In this document: positions 46,513-55,737 of the stretch, one piece after another
Layout: each line of letters starts with the position of its first letter
Position numbering within the stretch: the first letter of the stretch is position 1
Assembly: GCA_018896645.1 (NCBI GenBank)
Contig: JAHIMF010000062.1
Location: 1-58,830 of the forward strand
Origin: Patescibacteria group bacterium
GTDB taxonomy: Bacteria > Patescibacteriota > Patescibacteriia > UBA2591 > JABMQE01
Direction of reading: 5' to 3'
Length of the DNA: 58,830 bases
Translations under genes and position numbers: made by a program
Notes under the pieces: generated by a model
What the model saw: only the letters and a program-made list of their open reading frames with translations
The model's database searches: none
Told to the model about the DNA's origin: nothing

Positions 46513-46815
46513 CTAATCCAAAACTTTTGAAAGGATTTTTTGGCTTTGCTCTAAACTATATCCCTCCCCAATTCGTTTGTATTCCGCAACATCAACTTGA
46601 TATCCTGCTTCGCGCATTTTTCCCCGAATGATTGCCAATTTTAAGGTAGTGATTGTAGCGTCAGCAAAATGTTCAGCCACTATTTGAGCGTGCTCTCGGC
46701 ACAATCGAGCGCCATAAGGCCTATCTTCACGAATAAAAGCTTGATGGGCATTCCCAACCTTGCGTCCGCAAATTACGCAACGATATCGATCTAATTGTCT
46801 ATTTTGATTCTGCAT
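46513..46815 (-). CDS. Hypothetical zinc-finger protein
   Basis: CVICG...LCREH; promoter TTGACA-17-TAACAT upstream. Confidence 0.5.
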   Translation of the reverse strand: MQNQNRQLDRYRCVICGRKVGNAHQAFIREDRPYGARLCREHAQIVAEHFADATITTLKLAIIRGKMREAGYQVDVAEYKRIGEGYSLEQSQKILSKVLD

Positions 46816-46947
46816 AGGAGTTAAAAGCAAAAAACAGCCTTTGTAAAACCTCTCCTCGCGTAAAAAGGCTAATATTAGCACTTTTACGTCAAGAGAGATT
46901 GGGCTGTTCAACTTCTATTGTTATGTTAGCATGGGTAGTTTTTTTTG

Positions 46948-47220
46948 TCAAGGACTATAACTCTCCAACCTCTCTTTAACCAATTCTATCGCCTCTTCCC
47001 ACTTCTCTTCCTCACCAGATTCAACTCAGGTCCTAATCTCTGGATCCTTCTCAATCAATTCGTAAGCTTTCTTTGCATATTCTGTTACCCAATCATTCTG
47101 GACCCTCTTGTCGCCATGTTTAATTTTCATTGCTTCCATCAATGCTATCTGAAATTTCATTTTGATTTTCATATCTATAGGTGAGAATTCAGTTTGTTGT
47201 TCAGGTAAAACTTCTGACAT
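46948..47220 (-). pseudogene. Paralog B of a small helical protein, internal TGA at 47026-47028
   Basis: MSEVLPEQQTEFSPIDMKIK...DPEIRT*VESGEEEKWEEAIELVKERLESYSP*. Confidence 0.7.
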
Positions 47221-47242
47221 AGATAGAATAGTAAATAATAAG

Positions 47243-48268
47243 TCACTTAAGCCACTTCTGCTTATTCCTCACATGCTCATCATGATCTTTGCCAAACACG
47301 GTCTCGCCGTTAGGCTTGGACAGATAAAACCAGTACTCATTTGGGGTTGGATAAATTGCGGCTTCAATGGCGCTAACTCCAGGATTACCAATGGGACCGG
47401 GGGGTAAATCTGGATACAAATAAGTATTATATAAAGAATCAACTTTTAAATCTTCCAGCGAAGGTGTGGGATCGCCCTTGCCGGTAATGTAATTAATCGT
47501 GGCATCAGATTGCAAAGCCACGCCATTATCCACCCGCTTCCAAAAGATATCCGCAATCATTTTGCGATCGCCGTCAGTCGGCACTTCCAACTCTATGATG
47601 GATGCCATGGTGATAATTTCAAAAATCGTTCTCCCTTGCTCTTTTATATCCTCGCGCATCTCGGGTGTCAACTTACTATCAAAATTATCAAGCATTTTAG
47701 TGATAATATCATCAAGGCTGGCATCTTTATAAATTCTATAAGTATCAGGGAATAAATAACCTTCCAGCGAAGCTTTCTTGGGCTTATCTTCCAAAAAATC
47801 ATACTTACCCCGCCAAATTCTGTCATCATAAATCGCTTCCAAAAAATCATCAGCTGTTACTACTCCTTGGTTTTCTAAAGACTCGGCGATTTCTCTATCG
47901 TTCCAACCTTCAATAATTTTAATTTCTTGCTCTTTGCTTAAAGCCCGGCCCGAGGTTAAAAGCTCAACTAATTTTTTGATGCTCCAACCATGAGTTAATT
48001 CATACTCGCCGGCCTGAAATTTATGCCCAATTTTTTTTAAATAAATATAAACTTCAAAAACTAACTTATTGCCAATCAAACCATCATCTTTTAGGTTTTG
48101 GCTGATTTGTCTAACCCCCTCACCCTTAGTAATCACAAAAATAACCGATTCCCTGGTCGGGTTGGAATTATAAATTTCCCGCAAAGCGTAAATGCCGGTG
48201 AAAATTACTGCTGCGAGAATGATGACAATTAAACCAAAAAATGCTTTTTTGGACATAAGTCTCTGCAT
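47243..48268 (-). CDS. mltG: Endolytic transglycosylase MltG
   Basis: LEGYLFPDTY, MASIIELE, LQSDAT, YNTY..PDLPPGPIGNPG. Confidence 0.95.
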   Translation of the reverse strand: MQRLMSKKAFFGLIVIILAAVIFTGIYALREIYNSNPTRESVIFVITKGEGVRQISQNLKDDGLIGNKLVFEVYIYLKKIGHKFQAGEYELTHGWSIKKLVELLTSGRALSKEQEIKIIEGWNDREIAESLENQGVVTADDFLEAIYDDRIWRGKYDFLEDKPKKASLEGYLFPDTYRIYKDASLDDIITKMLDNFDSKLTPEMREDIKEQGRTIFEIITMASIIELEVPTDGDRKMIADIFWKRVDNGVALQSDATINYITGKGDPTPSLEDLKVDSLYNTYLYPDLPPGPIGNPGVSAIEAAIYPTPNEYWFYLSKPNGETVFGKDHDEHVRNKQKWLK

Positions 48269-48493
48269 GTCATTGCGAGTCTCGGCGAACGAAGCGAGCT
48301 GAGGCGTGGCAATCCCGTTGATATCCTGTGGACGTTGTTACTCTCCCTGTCTACAGGGTTTACCCTGAACCGATTCTGGTACAGGGTTTACAACGGGATT
48401 GCCACGCTCTTTTCTGGACTTACTGCCTACCTATATTTGATTATCGCCATGGTCAGTCTTGCTTGGCAAGTCCTACAGTCGCTCGCAATGACA
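48268..48493. mobile_element. MITE/REP-like element with TGTCATTGCGAG terminal inverted repeats
   Basis: Perfect 12-bp TIR; inner 16-bp IR CGTGGCAATCCCGTTG/CAACGGGATTGCCACG; nested CCCTG..CAGGG hairpins. Confidence 0.7.
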
Positions 48494-48522
48494 CCGATTA
48501 CATCACAATGATGCTTAATAAA

Positions 48523-49587
48523 TTATAAAAATTTCTCCCCTCCTCCTTTCTCCAGCTTCTTCACGACCTTCTTCACCTCCTGCGCTCTTCCGGCTGGACA
48601 AACCAAAATCGCATCTTCAGTCTCCACCACCACCATATCCTCCAGACCAACAGTGGCTAACAACTTGGTACCATAACCATACAACAAACAATTTTTTGAA
48701 TCAATGGTTAAAACATTGCCTCGGGTTAAATTCTGATTCTTATTTTTTAGAAGCAGTTCTTTAATTGCCTGCCAGTCACCAATATCACTCCACTGGAAAT
48801 TAGCCTGAATAAGCAAAATATCTTTGGTCTTTTCTAATACGCCATAATCAATAGAAATCGGCTCAATCTTTCCAAACTCCCTTTTTAAAACTTTTAACTC
48901 GCCCTTTTTGCCAATTGACTTCTCAATCGCCATCAAAATTTTATGCATCTTGGGCAGGTGGCGCTTATACAAACCTAACAAATAATCAACTTGCCAAGCA
49001 AACATCCCCAAGTTCCAGAAGTAACCGCCGTCTTGGACATACTTTTTAGCGGTTGCTAGATTTGGTTTTTCAACAAATCTTTGAACTTTGTAAACATTTT
49101 TGCTAAAAATCTTACCTCTTTGAATATAACCATAGCCAGTTGCCGGGCTTTTAGGTTTTAAGCCCACCGTGATTGTTTGGTTGGGATTAGCAGACAATAC
49201 CTGCTCAACCATATCCAGGGTCTGAATATACTTGGCTTCTTCACCAACGTAATGATCAGCATAGATAATGACTATCTTTTCTTCTGGGTTTTTATGATGC
49301 AGGTGAGTCGCTACCAAACCAATGGCCGCAGCCGTGTCTTTTTTAGCCGGCTCTAAAATGTACTGGGTCTTGGGTACTTTAGGAATTTGCTTGCGAATCA
49401 AATTATAATGACGTTCACCGCAGGAAATAATAATATCAGCAACTTTGAATTTTTTGCAAATTCGTTTGAAAGTTTTTTGTAACAAAGTGTCCTCGTCAAT
49501 AAGAGGGCGGGCTTGTTTAGGTGAATTTTTTCTCGACGCCGGCCAAAGGCGGGTCCCGCCTCCACCAGCTAAGATTATGGCTTTCAT
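48523..49587 (-). CDS. manC: Mannose-1-phosphate guanylyltransferase
   Basis: ILAGGGGTRLWP.SR...PKQ, EP..KDTA.AI, TGYGYI, FVEKP, ISIDYGVLEK, WSDIGDW. Confidence 0.93.
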   Translation of the reverse strand: MKAIILAGGGGTRLWPASRKNSPKQARPLIDEDTLLQKTFKRICKKFKVADIIISCGERHYNLIRKQIPKVPKTQYILEPAKKDTAAAIGLVATHLHHKNPEEKIVIIYADHYVGEEAKYIQTLDMVEQVLSANPNQTITVGLKPKSPATGYGYIQRGKIFSKNVYKVQRFVEKPNLATAKKYVQDGGYFWNLGMFAWQVDYLLGLYKRHLPKMHKILMAIEKSIGKKGELKVLKREFGKIEPISIDYGVLEKTKDILLIQANFQWSDIGDWQAIKELLLKNKNQNLTRGNVLTIDSKNCLLYGYGTKLLATVGLEDMVVVETEDAILVCPAGRAQEVKKVVKKLEKGGGEKFL

Positions 49588-49589
49588 GG

Positions 49590-50120
49590 GCTTAGTCACT
49601 TGTCACTGGCAACTAGTCACTGGGGTTTATGTTTCCCCCGACTGATGCTATGAGACCATTAATTAATTTTAATACTGTTACACTTTTGTTAAATAAATCA
49701 ATATAAGTGTCTTTGGAAATATATTGTAATTCATAAGATAGGATTAATAATGATTGAACTTCTTGGATTGAACCCCTGGCTTGATAATAAAATCTTTTTT
49801 TGTCTTTATAAAAGAATCTGCCAAAACCTTCAGCAATGTTTGAACAAACAGAAACAATTGCTCTTCTCATTTGACTAGTTATACCATAAAATTCTTCCTT
49901 GGGAAAATTCTTTGTTACCCTGTATATATCTTTGGACAATTCCTTAGCTTTTTGCCAAGCATCCAATTGATAGAAATTTTTTATACCCACAGAACTTAAT
50001 CTTAAATATAACTTAATTAAACTCGTCCCTAGTGACTAGTGACTGACAACTAATGACGCTCTTAAGATATCACTAGCCGCCAGAATAATCTAGTTGAAAA
50101 TTCCAGCGACTAGTGACCTA
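49590..50120. mobile_element. Four-helix-bundle cassette bounded by inverted heptamer arms
   Basis: TAGTCACTTGTCACTGGCAACTAGTCACTGGG (49593-49624) and CCCTAGTGACTAGTGACTGACAACTAATGAC (50027-50057). Confidence 0.65.
49613..49990 (-). CDS. Four-helix-bundle protein (23S rRNA IVS / bAvd-like family)
   Basis: L.AWQKA, FPKEE.YG.TSQMRRA..SV.SNIAEG.GR, ARGS..E. Confidence 0.93.
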   Translation of the reverse strand: MGIKNFYQLDAWQKAKELSKDIYRVTKNFPKEEFYGITSQMRRAIVSVCSNIAEGFGRFFYKDKKRFYYQARGSIQEVQSLLILSYELQYISKDTYIDLFNKSVTVLKLINGLIASVGGNINPSD

Positions 50121-50124
50121 TGTC

Positions 50125-50775
50125 TCATCCCTCAATCAATGGCACGAAACCAAAACCAGGATACCATTTTTCCTTATACTTATACTTGCCAGCCCTTTCG
50201 ACCATTGCAATACCTGAAGGCGTTCGATCAAGGGGAATTACTAATCGACCGCCAACCTTGAGTTGCTTGAGTAGTGCTTTGGGAATACGGACCGCGGCAG
50301 CTGATACTAATATTCTATCAAACGGCGCTTTTTCTTTCAAGCCCTTAGAGCCATCCGTACAAAAAAATTGTACAACCCCCATCTTGACAAAATTATACTT
50401 GCCTACATTGCGTTCACCAAAATCTTTTAACTTCGGGATCCGTTCAATGGCAAAAACTTTTCCTTTGATTTCGCCTGGTTGCTGTTGACTGCCCAAAACA
50501 ATATGCGCCAGCAAGGCAGTGGTCCAACCCGAGCCCGAGCCAATATCCAAAACTTTGTCGCCTTGCTTGGGCTGGAGCAGTTCCATCATGAAAGCAACAG
50601 TGTATGGCTGGGATATGGTTTGACTAAAACCAATGGGATAAGGGTGGTCACCCTCGGCAAATGATTCTGAACCTGGTGCCATAAAATCGACCCGCTTAAT
50701 CTCCTGGAATGCCTTGATGATTCGCGGGGTTTTTAGGGTTCCTTCTTGAATGTGCCAATTAATAAGTTTAGACAT
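50125..50775 (-). CDS. pcm: Protein-L-isoaspartate O-methyltransferase
   Basis: QTISQP.TVAFM.ELL, VLDIGSGSGW, APFDRI.VSAA, QLKVGGRLVIP, FVPL. Confidence 0.95.
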   Translation of the reverse strand: MSKLINWHIQEGTLKTPRIIKAFQEIKRVDFMAPGSESFAEGDHPYPIGFSQTISQPYTVAFMMELLQPKQGDKVLDIGSGSGWTTALLAHIVLGSQQQPGEIKGKVFAIERIPKLKDFGERNVGKYNFVKMGVVQFFCTDGSKGLKEKAPFDRILVSAAAVRIPKALLKQLKVGGRLVIPLDRTPSGIAMVERAGKYKYKEKWYPGFGFVPLIEG

Positions 50776-50799
50776 CTTCTCCTCCTCCTTTCTCCTCTC

Positions 50800-50900
50800 A
50801 TGATGCACGATGCACGTATCACAATACAAGACGAGTTATTTGGGATTGTGTTCGTGTTATCGTGATATGAGTCGTGTTATGTGTAGCGTGAATCGTGATT
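50800..50900. repeat. Inverted heptamer-arm element (GCACGAT/ATCGTG)
   Basis: ATGCACGATGCACGTATCACAA / TCGTGTTATCGTGA..GCGTGAATCGTGA. Confidence 0.6.
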
Positions 50901-51102
50901 GAAGCTCTTGACTTTTTTTTCTAGATATGATATAATGATAGCAGAAGAGTAAAAAACAAAAATATATTCCCAAGAAATTAAACGGAATCAGGTCCAAAAG
51001 GCCTAAAAAGTAAAAAATTCTTCTAAAAAACACAGATTCTTCCTTCTGCGGCAAACCAGCCGTAGTTGGATGGAGTCCTATAAAACAAAAACAAAAAATA
51101 AA

Positions 51103-51729
51103 ATGAAAAATTTGCTTGCCAAGATACGTTTTTTCGTATCTAAAAACATCCCTCAGCTGCTCAACTTCCCTCGGCATCGAATGCCCGTCATCGAGATGAG
51201 CTCGTCGATAAGTCGGTTTCTGAATATAGCGAAAAACAAAAAGATTATCCAAATTATCTCTATTATTTTAAGTGTTGAAATAGCGCTCTTTGGGGTGCTT
51301 TTTTTAGTTCCTAGTGTTGCTTATCTTTCTCAAGTCGATGCCGAGCATATAATTCAATTAACCAATAGCGAACGAACAAAATATAATCTGCCGCCGCTTA
51401 CAGCCAATGAACAGCTCACCCTGGCCGCTGAAAACAAGGCCAAGGATCTCCTGGCAAGGCAATATTTTAGCCACACAACTCCAGATGGAAAGGTATTCTC
51501 GGCTTGGATCAAAGGGGCGGATTATGAATATTCTTATGCTGGGGAAAATTTAGCCATTGGTTTTGTTACTAATCAAGGCGTGGTTGATGCCTGGATGCGG
51601 AGCGGCAAGCATCGAGCCAACATCTTGGGCAGCCAATACCAAGAAATCGGCCTGGCAGTCATTACTGGCCAGTTCAATGACCAGGAAACAACCATTATTG
51701 TGCAAACCTTTGGCAAACCAAGAAGATAG
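51103..51729 (+). CDS. CAP/SCP-domain protein
   Basis: TN.ER, YFSH..PDG, AGENLA, WMRS..HRANIL. Confidence 0.9.
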   Translation: MKNLLAKIRFFVSKNIPQLLNFPRHRMPVIEMSSSISRFLNIAKNKKIIQIISIILSVEIALFGVLFLVPSVAYLSQVDAEHIIQLTNSERTKYNLPPLTANEQLTLAAENKAKDLLARQYFSHTTPDGKVFSAWIKGADYEYSYAGENLAIGFVTNQGVVDAWMRSGKHRANILGSQYQEIGLAVITGQFNDQETTIIVQTFGKPRR

Positions 51730-52217
51730 TTTTTGGGTGTTCCCCTACTCTCATTTTATTAGCAATCTGAATTACGAAATTTCTAATTCAAAATAATATC
51801 AGCCTCAGCTAAAGTCAGATAAGCGCTCCGTCGCTACAGCTTTGGAGCGTCGGCGACCTCTGGCTGGAATAATAATTAATAAGGAAGAAACTTATGAACC
51901 CAAAAATTCGCGCCTTCCTGACAAAAAAACAACGAGCAGGAGAAATTTATAATATTCGCGGCTCACCATAATTTTTAAAAACAGTAGGCCCTGTACCAAA
52001 GTGTCGCCTGTTGGTGGCATTAAACCCCAAACCTGATGCGGTACAGGGTAAATAATCGCTCTTTTCTTAAAACGCCAAAGTAAGGAAAGCTCTTTAACAA
52101 TTCAATATCTAATCATCTTTTAAAACTAACCCCCAATAAAATAAGGCATGGGACTACCTCTTTTTGAGGGGGAAAAGCCCTGTACCATTATAAGTACAGG
52201 ATAAACAAAAACTAATT

Positions 52218-52739
52218 CTAACATCTCGTTGGGATTAGTTTTTTTATAATAAGGGCGAATATTATACCAAGGATTGCGCCCGCAAAAATATCACCGGGAT
52301 AGTGAACCCCAACATATACCCGGGATAGGGCAATCAAAGCCGCCCCAACTAAAAACCAAATGCCAATTTTCTTGTTGTACAAAAAAATTGTACAGGCCAG
52401 AGCAAAGGCAATTGTAGTGTGATCCGAAGGAAAAGATTTGCCTGCAAACAACTGTTCAATTAATTTGTTCACCTGGAAACTGACATAAGGACGAGGCCGA
52501 TAAAAAAATAAGCCCAAACCACGCGCCATCCCCCAGCCCAGTAGCCCTGCCAGCACTGCGCGAGCCGCATTCATCCTAGTCAATATTGCCCCTTGCTTGT
52601 GCGGCGGCAAAAATCCTAAAGCCAAAATTAAAAAAATCATCAACCAAATAGCGTAGGATGCAAAAAAGATTCCCAAAAAATCCAGGACATCATTCTTGCC
52701 GGCTAAGTTGTTGATGAGTTGGAAGAGTTGTAAGTCCAC
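52218..52739 (-). CDS. PAP2-family phosphatase (BcrC-like)
   Basis: RPRP, SFPSDH, SRVYVGVHYPGD. Confidence 0.92.
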   Translation of the reverse strand: MDLQLFQLINNLAGKNDVLDFLGIFFASYAIWLMIFLILALGFLPPHKQGAILTRMNAARAVLAGLLGWGMARGLGLFFYRPRPYVSFQVNKLIEQLFAGKSFPSDHTTIAFALACTIFLYNKKIGIWFLVGAALIALSRVYVGVHYPGDIFAGAILGIIFALIIKKLIPTRC

Positions 52740-52746
52740 TCTACGA

Positions 52747-52848
52747 TTTATTATTTATTATTTATTATTTACTATTTATTATTCTTTCGTTCAGTACTTT
52801 TTCTCTCTTCCATATCCTACGATGAATAATAAATAGTAAATAATAAAT
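52747..52848. repeat. Inverted heptamer-arm element (ATTTATT/AATAAAT)
   Basis: Same unit family at 5993-6149, 41510-41545, 53723-53835 and 58680-58712. Confidence 0.7.
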
Positions 52849-53714
52849 TACAACTGACACTCTGAACAAAAATGCGTTCCCCGGCCATTCAACTTAATCT
52901 TCTTAATCGTCCCGCCACACCGTTTACACCTCTCCCCTCCCCGTCCATAAACTTTTAAATGTGAAGTATAACCACCTTGGCGACCACTGGCATCAACATA
53001 AGTATCAACCGAAGTGCCGCGAAGAGCAACAGCGGCCTTTAATATTTTTTTGATGCCCTGCTCAAGTTTTTTTATCTCCTCGTGTTTTAAGGTTCTGACC
53101 AAGCGCGTTGGGCGGATACCCGCGTAAAAACACGCTTCGTCTGCATAAATATTGCCTATACCCGCAATATTTTTTTGATCCATTAAAACTTTTTTAATGT
53201 TCTGGCGTCCCTTTTGAGCTAAAATCTGTTTAAACTTCTCTAAAGTAAAACCCTTATTCAAAGGTTCAATACCAAATTCTGAATCTAAGAAACTTTTAAC
53301 CTCGGACTTACTCATTATATTCATCCAGCCAAACTTGCGCAAATCATTAAAAAATAAATGGCTGCCATCGCTGAATTTAAAGATTATATGGGTAAACTTG
53401 TTTGGTAAATTTACTAAACCTCGAGGCACCGGATGACCGCCCGCTGTCAGTTTGCCAAATTTATCACGAAAAATTAATTGACCAGTGAGCTTCAGGTGAA
53501 TTAGTAATACTTTATTACTGTCTAATTCTATTAATATTAATTTGGCTCGCCGACCCACCTGCTTCACCTTCTGGCTAGTAACCTCTCGCTGGAATTGTTT
53601 AATAGACAACTTAACCAGTTTAGCCCCCCTAACTTCCACTGATTTAAACTTTTTACCTTTGATTTTTTTGTTGAGATCTCGGGCGATTGTCTCAACTTCG
53701 GGAAGTTCTGGCAT
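52848..53714 (-). CDS. mutM: Formamidopyrimidine-DNA glycosylase
   Basis: MPELPEVET, HLKLTG, AGIGNIYADE, C-terminal zinc finger. Confidence 0.97.
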   Translation of the reverse strand: MPELPEVETIARDLNKKIKGKKFKSVEVRGAKLVKLSIKQFQREVTSQKVKQVGRRAKLILIELDSNKVLLIHLKLTGQLIFRDKFGKLTAGGHPVPRGLVNLPNKFTHIIFKFSDGSHLFFNDLRKFGWMNIMSKSEVKSFLDSEFGIEPLNKGFTLEKFKQILAQKGRQNIKKVLMDQKNIAGIGNIYADEACFYAGIRPTRLVRTLKHEEIKKLEQGIKKILKAAVALRGTSVDTYVDASGRQGGYTSHLKVYGRGGERCKRCGGTIKKIKLNGRGTHFCSECQL

Positions 53715-53834
53715 GTCTTACAATTTATTATTTAATAATTTATTATTTATTATTCTTTAAGTTGCCTTCCATGTTTGAAAAATACTAAGGCGGTCAAAAA
53801 AAAATAAATAATAAATAGCTAAATAATAAATAAA

Positions 53835-55403
53835 TTATATCAAGGGCTGTCCAGTTATTTCCTTTGGCTTCTCTATTCCTATTATTTTTAAAATCGTTGG
53901 CGCCACATCAGCCAATACTCCAGATGGAGCGGCCAAAGTTAAATCCGGCTTTTCATTATTTGTTCCGGATCTAAAAAAATCTTTACCCACGATAATGCAG
54001 GGCACAGGATTGGTGCTGTGCTCTTTATCAATATTACCTGTTTGGAGATTCACCATCTCTTCAACATTACCGTGGTCTGCCGTAATAACCGCCACCCCAT
54101 CTTGGGCCAGCAATGCCTTAACAACTCGGTCCAAACAAACATCCACGCATTCCACCGCCTTAACTCCGGCTTTAAAAACGCCAGTATGAGCAACCATGTC
54201 CGGGTTAGCAAAATTAACAATGATAAAATGATAAGTGTTGTCCGCGATGGCCTTAACCAACTTATCTGTTATTTCATAAGCAGACATCTCTGGTTTCTCG
54301 GCATAGGACGGGATGCGAGGCGAGGGGACAAGAATGTTGTCCTGACCTTTAAACGGCTTCTCATTACCTCCCGCGAAAAAAAACGTAACATGCGCATATT
54401 TTTCGGTTTCGGCAACATGAAGCTGTTTCTTGCCAGACTCACTTAATATTTTTGGCAATGGACGATTGATGGTCTCTGGATAAAAAGCAATGTTTACTGG
54501 TAAACCCTTCTCATATTCTGTCATAGTAACAAAAAACAGATTCTTCAAAACTTTCGGCCGGACAAACTCCTTAAAATCAGGAAGAACAAAAGCTTTGGTT
54601 AGTTCCCTGGCCCGATCCTCGCGAAAGTTGAAAAAGATTACTCCATCGTTATCTGTGATTAAGCCAATTGGCTTACCGCTATCGTCTAAAATATTCGTTG
54701 GCACAAATTCTTCATCATAAATTTTTTTAGCATAAGAATCTTTGATTGCCTGCATTGGATCTTTATTAGGTTGATCTGACTTGCCAATGGTCATCGCCGA
54801 GTAAACCCTTTCTATTCTTTCCCAATGGCTGTCTCTGTCCATGGCATAAAAACGGCCAGAAATTGTTGCTATCTCGCCCAAATTATAACCTTTTAATCCT
54901 TCTTGAAGCTGATTTACAAAGTTAATGCCCCTGTTATACTCCGTATCACGGCCATCCAAGAAAACGTGTATATAAAGCTCTTTTATCTTCTGCCTGTTTG
55001 CCAAATCCACCAGAGCAGAAAGATGTTCTATATAGCTATGGACCCCGCCGCTGGAAACCAGCCCCATCAGATGAAGCTTAGAATGGTTTTTCTTAACATG
55101 GGCGCAAACTTCCAGAAAAGCCTTATTAGTAAAAAAATCCCCATTCCAAATGGATTGGGTTATCCGTGGTAATTTTTGATAAACTATCCTACCTGCCCCA
55201 AGGTTCATATGCCCGACTTCAGAATTTCCAGGCTCGCCATACGGCAGACCAACGGCCTCGCCAGAAGCTTGCAAGGTCATGGCTGGATAAAAACTGGAGT
55301 AGGAATCAAAATTTGGAGTCTTGGCAGAAGTCACTGCATTACCAATACTCGGCGGAGCAACGCCCCAGCCGTCGAGAATGATGAGGGCAACGGGTTTGGA
55401 CAT
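53835..55403 (-). CDS. gpmI: 2,3-BPG-independent phosphoglycerate mutase, copy 1
   Basis: LDGWG, GNSEVGH, DGRD, GRFYAMDRD, ETEKYAHVT, ADHGN. Confidence 0.96.
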   Translation of the reverse strand: MSKPVALIILDGWGVAPPSIGNAVTSAKTPNFDSYSSFYPAMTLQASGEAVGLPYGEPGNSEVGHMNLGAGRIVYQKLPRITQSIWNGDFFTNKAFLEVCAHVKKNHSKLHLMGLVSSGGVHSYIEHLSALVDLANRQKIKELYIHVFLDGRDTEYNRGINFVNQLQEGLKGYNLGEIATISGRFYAMDRDSHWERIERVYSAMTIGKSDQPNKDPMQAIKDSYAKKIYDEEFVPTNILDDSGKPIGLITDNDGVIFFNFREDRARELTKAFVLPDFKEFVRPKVLKNLFFVTMTEYEKGLPVNIAFYPETINRPLPKILSESGKKQLHVAETEKYAHVTFFFAGGNEKPFKGQDNILVPSPRIPSYAEKPEMSAYEITDKLVKAIADNTYHFIIVNFANPDMVAHTGVFKAGVKAVECVDVCLDRVVKALLAQDGVAVITADHGNVEEMVNLQTGNIDKEHSTNPVPCIIVGKDFFRSGTNNEKPDLTLAAPSGVLADVAPTILKIIGIEKPKEITGQPLI

Positions 55404-55439
55404 AGTTTATTGTTTATCCTTTATCATCTTGAATTAAAT

Positions 55440-55705
55440 TATGGTTAATAAATTATGGTTAATACAATTGTTAATAAATCTGGAGATAATGTCTTTACTG
55501 AAAGCATCGTTCAGGGCGCTTAAAGTCATCATTCTGATTATTTAAGTTGTTAATAAGGTTAATAGGCGAGTTAATAGGGTTAATAAGCGACTCGTCGTCA
55601 TTATTAACTTTATTAACTACTGTATTCCAGCCAAAGGCTGGTCGGCCTTTGGCCGAAACTACTTTATTAACAACCATATTAACCACATTAACCACCGTAT
55701 TAACT
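55440..55705. repeat. Inverted GTTAATA/TATTAAC arm element with nested GC palindrome at 55625-55658
   Basis: Multiple GTTAATA units followed by multiple TATTAAC units. Confidence 0.75.
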
Positions 55706-55737
55706 CCATACGTGTTAAACTTTGCCTAACATTCAAA

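Noticed and set aside
11481..47028. Genetic-code reassignment (TGA sense) explaining the in-frame stops
   Set aside because: Conserved genes such as rplJ, hsp20, mltG and pcm end properly at TGA, and one internal stop is TAG
49613..49990. Diversity-generating retroelement (Avd-like gene)
   Set aside because: No reverse transcriptase and no template/variable repeat pair with adenine-specific mismatches seen in the window
51894..51971. 25-aa ORF after the CAP gene
   Set aside because: No recognisable motif; lies among palindromic repeats
55495..55729. ORFs 55495-55695 and 55547-55729
   Set aside because: Translations of the GTTAATA repeat element
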